This document shows, piece by piece, positions 1 through 11,300 of a stretch of 64,000 nucleotides of DNA; the first letter of the stretch is position 1, and every line of letters starts with the position of its first letter. This stretch comes from Amoebophrya sp. A120 (lineage: Eukaryota; Protista; Dinoflagellata). The notes under the pieces were generated by a model, which was not told the origin of the DNA, made no database searches, and saw only the letters and a program-made list of their open reading frames with translations. The stretch is from NCBI GenBank assembly GCA_905178155.1, contig CAJINV010000012.1, positions 1,678,492 through 1,742,491 on the forward strand. The letters run 5' to 3'. Made by a program: the position numbers and the translations under genes.

Positions 1-1481
1 TTTGAAGTCGTTCTTTTAGACAGGACGTTGCGCAAGAGCCAGCGCTTGTTCGTTGAACCAAGTGTCCATCTGACACGCTAACTCAGCATTTATACTTGTT
101 GTCATCTACAAACGAATACATCTAGCAATGCGAGTCAGAGTCTTTGCTTTTGGACCGAACTACAGAGCCGCACGCAAGTGTTTTTTTTTTATTGAAAAAG
201 GTTCTTGAAGATATAATCAAGATCAACAGGCGTATTGGCTTCTGGTGGTCATTCTCATTCTATCTTGTACGCATCAACTGACTCAGCCCGCCACAACTAC
301 ATTTTGAGAAAAAAACTACATTCAGTTTCTGTTCACCCACAAAATAGATCGCCGCAGCAATCATGGTTTTCTTCACATCAGCACTGTCCTCGTGCCGCTT
401 GTTCCTTCTTCTTCTATCCCCCCTCGCCACCCACCGCACCGTCCTGGCCGAGGAACCAGTGCCTTGTTGTGGCTACGGCGATGCAGATGGCAGGCTGCCG
501 GCGGACCCGCGGACCCCGAACACTATCGACGGCGCGACGCGGGTGGGCGGTGGTGGTCTCGGCGGCGGGACAGCTGATAAAAATGGCGGCGAAAATTATG
601 CTGGCGGTGATTCATCGGGTACAATTTTGCCCTCATCCGCCGAGGAAGCAGGTCCTCCGCGATTCTTCCACCATGACGTGGGAAGCGAAAGCTCTCCCCG
701 TGCCGCAAAAGGAAGGCGATTCCTTCTTTATCACGAAAGCGCAGTACAACAGTGCGTCAAAGACCGTCGGGGTCCGACAAGGTGGTTTGGACTGCACTGC
801 GCAAAACCCGTTGGACTGCCTGATGGCCGAGATTGGGAACGGATATTTCGCGACCGTCGGTCCCATCTGCGCGGCGGACCAAAGCGGGTGCGGGTCCCTC
901 TTCCTCGCGGGCGTGTTCGAGTACGGCTTCTGCGGCAGCGTCTTTGGCAGCTATGGTGTGCAATGCAGCTACCGGGCGAATCTGCCAAATCCGTTTTACC
1001 GGTTTCTCCCCAAGATTGACAGCTGGAACGCAATCGAACAAGTGCAGGTGCAAGATTTCAAAAATGCGTGCTTGATGTACTACTTCGGCAACGTCAGGGC
1101 GGAAAACGGAAAGACCGTCACCGTGCAGATGAAATTCTACGCGCATCGGAAACGGCGGAATTTGTTCGTCCTGGAATTGTCCAATGACCAGGAGGCAGAC
1201 ACGGCAGTGAATATGGTGAAACACGCGGCTGTAGTGTTTCCCGGGCAAAATGGCGCGCCTGGATTAAGTGCTTTCGAAACAACTGCAGCAGGCGCTAGTA
1301 GTTCTGGCACGACTGGTACGAGCAGCGATGTTCTTGTCCGCGTGCGCCAAGGCTCGACGAGCCGAAAGGAGGACGAGAATCTGCAGAAATCTTTACTGAA
1401 ATTCGCGGAGGCGCAAAATTTCGGCGATGATTACCGGCTCCTGCGAGCAGGGAGTTCTTCTACAGCGCAGGGGCAGCGTCC

Positions 1482-2742
1482 TATCCTGAGGAAAAACGTA
1501 CCCACACCAGAGTTGTAATGCAGATTTGCAAAGACAGGAACATTTGCAATGCGCATCGCCAGGAGAGGCATTTTTAGTCGCGTTTTGGAATTTGTAATGC
1601 TGTAAACAGGATGAGCAGATGGATTTCTGATGCAGCTGGCCTTGCGAACCTGCACTACACTACGGACTGCAACTTGTGATGTGTGACCCCCAAAAGTTCT
1701 AGGCTTGTGTTGCAAAATCCCCATAGCACTGGCGCAATCAAGACGCAGGCAAGAACAACGTGCTGAAGCAGAGGACAAGAGCAGATAGTAAGAATATCAA
1801 AACAAGACGACAAAGCCTTTGATCCGCGAAATTGCTGGAGTGTGAATGTCGTGGACAGCGGAAGGGGTCTCTCACATTACAGGAAACGCCCACCGCCCCC
1901 AAATAGCTTAGTGATCCGAATGATGAATCAACTCGACTACTTAATTTTTACAATCGTTTTACCAGCCGCAGGCTTGCATCTGCGGCTACTGCTACTCTGC
2001 AAACGCCCGGCGTATTTTTCAAAAAAAACATGATCTGCCTCGCTGCAACCGGGGTTAGGACGTACCTCATTCAGGGCGGGCGGTAGCTAAATGCAGACCT
2101 GTGCGGGCTTATGTTTTCTGAAGCGCGCACACAGTCACTAGCGTAACGCAATAGCTTAATCATTTTTGACCGTTTTACGAACTTCGTCGCAAAAGTCCGG
2201 GGCTGCTTCCTCCCGCAGTAAATAGAAGGGTTTAGGTGTTTAGGGTTTTCCGATTCAGAAAAAAATGAAGCTCTTCGTCGACGTGGAAAAAACTGGATCG
2301 GACGTGTGCCGCTGCTACCGGCTCGACACGTAGAAAACGAATTTCGCGCGTTGTGCGGGAGTAGCTACCCCTCCCCTACTTCGGGTTGTAGTTGCCATTG
2401 GCGTCATTGATTGCGGTCGACAATATCCTCGTCCCGATGATTTCCTTCTTTGGGTTTGTGTATGGTGAATAGGAGCTTGCTCCTGATTGGTGCCGCGGTG
2501 TCGGAGGTTTTGCAGCATTCACGCACAGACTGCATTTGTGGAAACGGAGGGGGGGTGTGGGACCCCCATCAAGTCGTCGCGGCGCGAAGCCGCAAATCCC
2601 TGGTCCTCGTTCACCATCAGAAGTGTTCGACCGGTGGGGCGCTCCACTGAAACTGAAACTGAATTTTAGAGGGGGCCTAGCAAAAAAAAAATAAAAAAAT
2701 ACCCATCTTGACTCTGGTGCGGGGATGTTTTTACTCAGGATA
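1482..2742. mobile_element. Introner family C (non-canonical intron) containing a nested ~1-kb insert
   Basis: TIR TATCCTGAG/CTCAGGATA, DR CGTCC; body is the reverse complement of 59838-60116. Confidence 0.85.
1725..2701 (+). mobile_element. A-tailed insertion nested in an introner
   Basis: Absent from sister copy 59838-60116; flanked by CCCAT duplication (1720-1724/2702-2706); ends in an A-rich tail. Confidence 0.7.
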
Positions 2743-2837
2743 CGTCCTGGCGCTCTCTCCTTTTCGAAAGCCAATCCGGTGGTACTGCTCTCCGCATACG
2801 CGAGTAGCAATATGGAAGAAGTAGAGGGCTGATTTGA

Positions 2838-3057
2838 TATAAGAGTGCACAACCCCCCTTCCCCCTCAATTGTGTGGCATTAGCAGCAATACAAACACCC
2901 GCACGCGTGGAGCCCATGCACGACAAATTTACATACGCAATGTAGTACTGTTTGAGCTTCCAGAATTTGTTATGCAAGCAGTGCCACAAGGCACCGATTC
3001 TTGGATTTGGGATTTTGCATGACAAATCAGGGGGAGGGGGAGTTGTGCGCTGTCATA
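2838..3057. mobile_element. Introner family B
   Basis: TIR TATAAGAGTGCACAAC/GTTGTGCGCTGTCATA; DR TTTGA. Confidence 0.85.
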
Positions 3058-3133
3058 TTTGAAGCAAATCGCGGCCCAAGCGGTACGGGACGCCATGAGC
3101 GTGACGCCCGCGCAACTGTTCCAGGAGCACGTC

Positions 3134-3369
3134 TATCAAATGCAAATATGTTTGGGTCTGGAAGATAGAAGTAGAACTTGTGATGCTGCATTTGGATTCC
3201 AAAGAAATCAGCATGGTGAGCAGCAAAGGGAATGTAAATTTTTGCTACGCGGAGAGTGCATTTGTCATGCGGAGCCCTCAAAAAAAGTTGTGATGCTAGG
3301 ACTTGCGTCACAGACTTCACGGGTCATGCAAAATGTGCATGACAAACCGCGACATATTTGCAATGCATA
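3134..3369. mobile_element. Introner family A2
   Basis: TAT..TGCAAATATGT TIR; DR ACGTC; removal gives EHVQTW. Confidence 0.85.
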
Positions 3370-3475
3370 ACGTCCAGACGTGGGCGGAGCTGTGGAAGTC
3401 TGGCGTAGAGATCGAGGGCGAAGAGGAAATCGAGAAGACCGCGATGGCGGGTCTCTATTGGCTGCTCCAGCACTA

Positions 3476-3735
3476 TATGGCTTGCATATATGTCTGGGTC
3501 TGGAAGAGCCAAACTTGTGATGCTGAATTTGGATGCTAACAAAATCTGTATTGCATGAGCAGCAAGAGGAGTCAAACTTGGCTACGCGGAGAGGGCATTT
3601 GTCATGCAGGATGCGCATCGATAGGCGCTCAAAAAATCTGTGATGCTATGGCATACATCAGAAACATCATGGATCATGGAAAATGTGCATAACAAACTTC
3701 TCCTCTTCCAGACCCAGACCTTTTTACATTTGATA
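3476..3735. mobile_element. Introner family A2
   Basis: GTCTGGGTCTGGAAG/CTTCCAGACCCAGAC TIR; DR CACTA. Confidence 0.85.
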
Positions 3736-4020
3736 CACTATCGGGCCGACACCTACTGGTCCAGCTCCCCCGGCGGAATTGCGACTAACAGCTACAACGG
3801 CCATGTGTTTTGGGACACGGAGCTGTGGATGTTTCCCCCGCTGCTCCTTTGGCACCCGGGGATCGCCAAGGCGGCGCTGCAGTACCGTTTGAACACGGTG
3901 CCGGGGGCGCGGGCGCGGGCGAAACTCGGGAACGACCCCTGGCGGAGTGGGGAGCGCGCGCTGCAGGGTTACAGCACGAACGGGGTCCGTTTCAGCTGGG
4001 AATCTGCCATCACGGGGAAC

Positions 4021-4166
4021 TATGCATTGCAAAAGTATCGTACTCGTATTGCAGTCATGCGTGATCTTAAGGTCAATCAGCATTACAACCTTTATCTCTC
4101 ATGCTGAGGAAATTTGTAATGCATTTATATATACGAGTACGATTTACGATACTTTTGCAATTCATA
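4021..4166. mobile_element. Introner family A
   Basis: TATGCATTGCAAAAGTATCGTA TIR; DR GGAAC. Confidence 0.85.
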
Positions 4167-4229
4167 GGAACGAGCAGACACCGCCGGGGTTCGATACGGG
4201 CGCGGCGGAAATCCACAACACAGGCGATG

Positions 4230-4419
4230 TATGCATTGCAAATGTAAGTATCGTAGCTACTCGTACTGATTGCAGATACGCATGACAAATCTACTCTTCC
4301 GTTTCAAGCGAAAAAATCACCATGACATGACAAATTCCGTTCGTCATGCTATAGACAATTTGTGTTGCAATTTTACCTACGGGTGCCTGCTGGTACGGTC
4401 CTTTTTGCAAAAATGCATA
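4230..4419. mobile_element. Introner family A (diverged)
   Basis: TATGCATT/AATGCATA ends; DR CGATG/CGTTG; removal gives GDVAF. Confidence 0.8.
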
Positions 4420-4478
4420 CGTTGTCGCTTTCGAAGCGGATCAATACTACAAGTTGACGCGCGACTTGGACTTCTTGA

Positions 4479-4697
4479 TATAAAAGTGCGCAACTCCCCC
4501 TCCTCCTCATTTGTATAGCATGAACGGCAATACAAGCATCAGCAAGAATACCGGTTTTGCATGACAAATTCGCACTGGATTAAATAGTGCTTTTTCGGCT
4601 TCCAGGATTTGTCACGCAAACAGTGCTACAAGGCAGCAGCTGGATTTGGGATTTTTGCATTACAAATGAGGAGGAGGGGGAGTTGTGAAGTTTCATA
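4479..4697. mobile_element. Introner family B
   Basis: CAACTCCCCCTCCTCCTCATTTG TIR; DR CTTGA. Confidence 0.85.
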
Positions 4698-5115
4698 CTT
4701 GAACAGTGGCGGCTACAAGGATCTGATCGAGGGCACGGGGCAATTTTGGTCCGAGTATGTCCGATGGGAGGGCGCCGCCGCTCGGGTGCTGAACGTCGTC
4801 CCGCCCGACGAGGAGGCGGGGTACCAGGATGATTCGATATTTACCAATGCCATTGCGGAAGAAAACATGCGGCTGGCAGTGTACTACATGGACCTCCATG
4901 ACAGGAGAGGAAAGTTCCGACTTGATCCCGCCCCAGACAGTGCGACGTTCAGGGAAAAGTTTGAGAGAACCATCGCCGGGCTGCAGAAGACGTATCCCAC
5001 GCTGTACGACAAAAACCGCGACGCCCACTACGAATACGCCGGCTAACAGTGGGGTAGCAGGGTGAAGCAAGCGGACGTCGTGTTGCTCGGGTTTCCCTTG
5101 ACCAAACCGATGGAT

Positions 5116-5304
5116 TATCCTGCGCAAAACCAAAAGTTATATCGTACTAGTACAAAGACAAACTCAAACCGCATGAGCAAGTTCTTCAGCATGAGAAATG
5201 GAAATTTGCAATTTGGATTTGACTTAAGATAGGAGATTTCCAATGCATGACTGCATTTAATAATAGTGCCTACCACGACTGCGATACAACTTTCGCAATG
5301 CATA
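5116..5304. mobile_element. Introner family A (diverged)
   Basis: TAT...ATA ends; DR TGGAT/TGGAA; frame restored on removal. Confidence 0.75.
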
Positions 5305-5433
5305 TGGAAACGCGCTACACGTTTCGGAACGACTTACTTGAGGCTGAAAAGGTCTATAACCCGGAGGCACCCTGCATGACGCACTCCATCCAGATGATCG
5401 GGTGGCTGCAGTTGAAGATGCGGAAAAAGTGCG

Positions 5434-5644
5434 TATGACGGTGCACAACTCCCCCTCCCCCTCATTTGTATAGCATTAAGGGCAATACAAGCATCAGCAA
5501 GATTGCAGGTCTTGCATGACAAATTTGCACTGGATTGTAGTGCTATTTGGGCTGCCAGAACTTGTCATGCAAACAGTGCTAAGAGGCACAGGGTCGATTG
5601 GGTATTTTGCATGACAAATGAGGCGGGAGTTGTGCACTATCATA
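5434..5644. mobile_element. Introner family B
   Basis: TATGACGGTGCACAACTCCC TIR; DR GTGCG. Confidence 0.85.
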
Positions 5645-5718
5645 GTGCGCGGCCCAAATCGAAAAGTCTTTTGAAAACGCTTACGGGCCGTTCCGCGTCT
5701 GGACGGAGTACCCCCGTG

Positions 5719-5879
5719 TATCCTGCGCAAAAGTATCGTACTCGTACTAGTAATTGCATTCATGCATTACAAATTATCTCTTTCTCAAGGCAAACCAGCA
5801 TTACAAATCGAATTTGTAATGCTGTGCTAATTTGTAATGCATTTTTACGAGTACGAATACGATACTTTTGCAATCCATA
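5719..5879. mobile_element. Introner family A
   Basis: GCAAAAGTATCGTA TIR; DR CCGTG; removal gives WTEYPRGGATNF. Confidence 0.85.
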
Positions 5880-6381
5880 CCGTGGGGGCGCCACCAACTT
5901 CATCACGGGTACCGGCGGCTTCTTGCAAACGGTGAGTTTCGGCCTGGGCGGATTGCGGATCCGAGAAAACGGTCTGCTGCTGGAGCCCGGGCTGGTGCGG
6001 AACATGAAGCGGGTGGTGTTGCGGGGAATTTTCTTCCTGAAATGTCGGTGGCGGATTGAGTTCAGCGATGCGGAATTTTTCATCACGGTCATGGAATGCG
6101 GTGCGGATCAGGACCAAGCTGTGATACCTTCCGACGCGGACTTCTATTCCACAAACGACAGGGCGAAGACCAGCACACCGCTTGGCTTAGTCGCCCGGTG
6201 GAACGAGATGGAATCGAATTCGAATACGGATGAGGCGTCTGGAAGTCCTCGTCGTGTGAAGATCTATCAAAAGCAGCACTTTTTCGAACTCCGAAGGGAC
6301 CTGCGGCTAAACAATTTTCCAAACGAGAACCAACGGAGGAATTACCGCCAGGTCTTACTCCAGCACGAACAAGATGCCCCG

Positions 6382-6625
6382 TATGGCGTTCTCACACGTT
6401 ACATTCTCAACTGCTCCATGAATTTTTCATGAAGGAATGGCAAACGTGAAAGGGGAGACCTAGCGCGTCTTGCATGACAGATTTAGCACAGATTCTCAGC
6501 CTGTTTGGCTCTTCGAGAATTTGTCATGCGAAGGAGCTTGTTGAAGTTGATCATGTAGCTATTGACGGCAATTTCGCATGACAAATCGTGCCACAGTTGA
6601 GAATGGAACATTTGAGAGTCCCATA
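6382..6625. mobile_element. Introner family D
   Basis: TATGG..CTCACACGTTACATTCTCAAC TIR; DR CCCCG. Confidence 0.8.
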
Positions 6626-6703
6626 CCCCGGCGTGGCCGGATGTAGGAGGGATTGCAGAAAAGAAAATCTGCACTCTCGAGGAAATAGACACGGACTACT
6701 TTG

Positions 6704-6864
6704 TATGAACTGCAAAAGTATCGCACTCGTAATAATTGCAGTCATGCATTAGAGATCTTTTTCTTGAGGCTAATCCGCATGACAAATTTTATTTCTCATG
6801 CTGAGGAAATGTAATGCATTTTTTTATAGATACGCATATGAATGCGATACTTTTGCAGTTCATA
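6704..6864. mobile_element. Introner family A
   Basis: Perfect TATGAACTGCAAAAGTATCGCA TIR; DR CTTTG. Confidence 0.9.
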
Positions 6865-8351
6865 CTTTGGCGGTGACATGGGCATCTGGGAAACGGCCGC
6901 GACCGCAGAGGAGTGTCGGCAAATCTGCGAACAAAACGCCGAATGCGAGCTGTTCACGTTTTTGAGAGGCCAGGTGAGAAACAATTGCCTGTTCAAACGC
7001 GGGCTCGGAGCGGAAAAGAGGTATAATAGCGACACGGCCAGTGGGCGTTGCGTGTTTGAAAAGGTGGATTACGAACTGGTGCAGGAGCCACCGGCGGCAG
7101 CGGAGGGTTTTTCTCCAAGTAGTGCAAGCAGCAATGGAAATAATGTTCCGGGACTAGAAGCCTCCGCGGCAGGTTTTTTGGAAAAGAGAAAAATGGAAGT
7201 AGATCGTGTTGTTGAAAATACGGGCGAGCGGATGGCTTCGCAGAGTGGTGATGATGATGAAAAGCGCAAAGAAATAGGACTAGCAGAAGATGCAATCAAG
7301 TTAGAGGACGGAAATAGTGCGCACGTCGAGGAGAAAAGGAATCAAAGCGAACAGGACCGGATGCTTCCCGCGGTGGGCGCAGCTAGAAGAATAAAAAGCC
7401 GTCCTCCGCTAAACAATCTTCCCTCGGCCGTGCAAGTAGCAGACATGACCGCGCCTTCATATCAAGCAGAAATTTGAAGAAGTGATATGATTTTGATTTT
7501 AGAAGTAAAGTGTTATGCATAACAAGAACTAAGAAAACACAACCTGGTCGTCGGCTATGTCGTGGGATCAACGTTGTTCGGGTGCGTTGAGAACTTCGAG
7601 AGCTGCACCAAGTAAGAACCAGATCTACAACTCCTCACCCTTGTGGATTGATTTAGCACTACTGACATAATCACTCAAGTCAACCTTGTGCGCCTCGTAC
7701 TTGATGAGTTCGCTGCAGCTCGAACAACAGCTCTGTAGACTTCGGACGAGAGAAGAGTGAAGTCGAGGTAAAGGGATTCAGACTCTTCGACAAAACCCTG
7801 CGAGTAAGAGGAAAACCGTAAATTACCGTATCGACTCTTGTTTTTTGTCATTTTCATACAAATAAGCTTTTCGTCGCACCCGCCGAGGACTGCAGCGAAA
7901 TAATAAAAGTTGTAAAGCTACCAAGACTACATATACGGAGCGACAAACTCACGTTCATACAAGATGTTTGTTGCCGCGCGTCAACATACAAACATCACCA
8001 GGACGCGTCCAGGTTGATGTGTGGCTCCCTCAAATAGCTGGCGCGGAGGCGGGGAGCACGAAGTAGAATCTCTTCAACACCACGTCCCTGCTGCAAGAGG
8101 GTCGTCCTCGTGATCGGAGCGGCTGCAGCGGCTGCATTCTTGCACGACAGCCAAAGCGGCCGGAGCGGCTGCACTCTTGCACGACACACACATCAAAGAA
8201 AATATCTACTACAACCACCTCAGTACAACTGCGCCGGTTGTCGCCGACAAAGATTCTCCGAGAAAGAATCTCAATCTGTACAACAGTCGACCACGCGACG
8301 TCCTCACATCTCCCTCGGACCATGACGGGTGGACTTCTTGGGTCGAGGAAG

Positions 8352-11300
8352 ATGGACAAGGACAACAAAAGGCCACTGCCGGTGACCCCTGCCCAGCACT
8401 CCCGCGGAACAAGCGGCGGAACGACCTGGGGTCGGAGCACCGCATCCACATCCTCCGGAACCAGAAGTCGCCCTAGAAGCTCGACCACTACTTCCACTTC
8501 ATGCTGCGGCCGCTGTTGGTGGTCCAGAAAGAACTACATCGTCAAGAACACCAAGACGGCTCGGCTCCTTTCCTCTTCTATCACCCTGCAGGTGTTCTTT
8601 CTCCTGCAGTCGTTCTATCTGGTTCAGCATGCGGATCTTGTACACGGAAGACGACGCATGCTGCGTCACGAGAACGACCGGGGGAAAGCAAAAGAGGAAA
8701 TTGGGTACGAGTTCCGCGTATCCTGTGCACAAGCATCGTACTCGTAGTAATCGCAGTTATGCATAACAAATCGCCTCCCTAAGCTAAAACAGCATGACAA
8801 ATTCCATTCGTCATGCTAAGGAAATTTGGAAATGCGATTTATACTTCTAGTACGATGCTTTTGTATTTCATACCACGAGAAGAGCGACCTCTTCCCGCTA
8901 GGCAAGGTGGTTGCAGGTTTGTGGTCTTGGGTTTTCGGCTCGGGTACTTCTACGGTGGAGGAAATGTACGGTTTTAATGTTTCTACGAACGGCACGGGCA
9001 CCAACGCGACCCCAAGCAACAGCACGGCGCCGAATGATACAAGTACGAACATTTCTTCCAACGACACGACAGGGCCCATGGTTGGCGCTACAGCGAGCGG
9101 GGACTACATAGCGGCTGTTGGCGCCAACAATTTGGCAACTAGTCCGACGTACGCTGGTGCTACTACCAATGCCGGTCATCTTCCGAAGAACGCGGGCATC
9201 TTCACTGCTGGGAACATGACGAGTGGAGGTCGGACCAATGGTACCATGATGCCTCTCGCCGCGAGCAGCAGTACAAACATCACAACCCCGGCGGTTTGGG
9301 GCGAGCAAGATGCCATTCGTCGTGCGACGAACAATAGTACTGGCGCCACTTCCAATTGGACCACAACGTCGAATCATACCGCCATCAATTGGACCACCAC
9401 GATCAATTGCACATCCTCTACAGCGGCAGTGTCAGGTATTTTCAGTGAAATTCTGTACCATTTTTTATTTTTTCGACTCTCAGGTTGCTGCACTGCTACT
9501 GGTCAGCACGTCTTGATGTTTGACGCGTTTGTTTTTATTTTTTCAGTGCGCGGTGCTGGCATTTGCATTTTGATTTTTTCGTTGCAAATATGAATCGGTA
9601 TGTTCCGAACTGAGGCACTAGATCAAAACTGTTATTGAAGAAATCCTACGTTCTTGAACAGGGCCGGATCCGGCCCCGCCGCAAGACGATGGCTATCTGT
9701 CCTGGGTTGGCGTAAATCTGGTAAAAACGAGCAGCAACACGAGCGTCACACATGATCAACATCCGGAAGATATGAAGATTCTCACGACGGACACCACTGC
9801 AACACCATTACCACTTGTCGTGACCTCCGGGGAACAGCAAATGCGGGAGGAAGCTGCGAACACAACAATGGTGGTGACGCTGAACAAACTACACCGTGAC
9901 CACGAGCAGTCGTTCACAACGCCAACGAATTCAACTTCCCCAAACACGAGTGCTGCTGCGACAGACGAGACGGTGGGAAAATCAGCGACGAAACGGCACG
10001 CGTCTCTGTTGCCCATCATGACAAAAGAAGTTGAAGATCCTGAAGTTGAAGTTCCTGTGGTACTACGAGATGCTTCTGTTTTAAGCAGCGAAGTAGAAGA
10101 GACACCTGCCTCCACGCAAGAAAACTCGGGTCTGGATGAGGACCACTCTGTCAGTGAAGACATCGACAAACCGAGGCCGGTCGGGGACGAATCTTCGCAT
10201 TATTTGTCCACGCAGGCAAAACTGTTCGAAACATCTTCTGTCTTCCCCAAAAATCTCCCTGATGTACCAAATTCCACGTCGTCCAGTGCTTCAGTGGACG
10301 AATTTCGCTTCATTTCGCCGCACCATGTTGTCTCACAACAAGATGAGGAATCGATTTACTCCTTCCTCGAGTTGAGCCAGGAACTAAATCATCACAACGT
10401 GGTTGCTGCAGAAGAAGATGCTGCGGTAGCAGGACGACAGGAGGGTGTGAAGACCGGTCTTCCACCTGCTGATGCTTCTGTTCGTGCTGGTTTAGACTAC
10501 GTTCCTAGCAAAAAACAAAAATCGAAAACGAGCGCAGCTTCCAAACTTCCACTGCCGTTACATGACGAATCGCCAGCGACCGCGGGAAATGCAGAAGATG
10601 AACACCCGATCGAAGATCCAGAAGAGTTTGACGCCACCTCTGCGCTGTCACAAAGCGGGGCGGAAATTTTCGCGGGGGAGAAGCACGTCGAACAAGGAGG
10701 ACACTCTGGTGAGCGGTCGGAGTACCATACAACTGGAGCAACAGCATCCGAAAATGGAGCTTCCGACAGCGTCGCAGGCGCGGCTGCACATGATCAGTCG
10801 CAAGAAGATGAAGCCGGGCAGAACGTCGTCGGGGTGGAAAGTATTTCGTCTCTGGACGAGCATGCCGAGCTTCCTCCTAGAAGTGACGGTCATGCTGGTG
10901 AAGCTGCAGAAGGGAAGAACGCGGAATCGGACGGTAGTGCTGTGATTGAAGAACCGAAGGACCACGACCACGACGACGAGAAAACTGGCTTTATTACCCC
11001 TGCTTCGGAAGGGAAAGAAGAAACTACCGTGCCCGGCGGAGAACGGGTGGAACGAGGTGCGGCGGAGAAGATGCAGGAGCAAACGAAAGGCGAAGTGGTG
11101 GTGGAGCGTAGCAGCTCGTCCGCAGTTGAGGTGAAACCTGCAGCACTTAGTGTGGCGCCTCCTCCCGGCGGTCCTGGCATATCGAGTCTCGTCTGGGGTG
11201 TGGGGGGTGGTTCTGCTCCCCGGCCTGCTTATGCCGAGTCTCGGGGTGAAGCACTTCCACTTTCTCCGACAACCGGCGGTGCTGCTGCGCTTGGCGTAGT

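Larger units (their letters stand above)
363..7477 (+). pseudogene. Secreted glycoside hydrolase family 65 (PGGHG/acid trehalase-like) with C-terminal PAN/apple domain; 12 introner introns; probably disabled
   Basis: Signal-peptide-like N-terminus (MVFFTSALSSCRLFLLLLSPLA). Spliced exons give GH65 motifs IGNGYFAT, YAHR, EHVQTWAELW, YNGHVFWDTELW, WESA, EIHNTGDVA, VVPPDE, VKQADVVLLGFP, NFITGTGGFLQ, then an apple-type DTDYFGGDM..ECRQICEQNAECELFTF..CLFK..SGRC. Frameshifts near 647 and 2828; in-frame TAA at 5044-5046. Confidence 0.8.

Noticed and set aside
5044-5046. Stop-codon reassignment (TAA as sense)
   Set aside because: Single case in a gene with other lesions; no other long exon in the window shows in-frame TAA.
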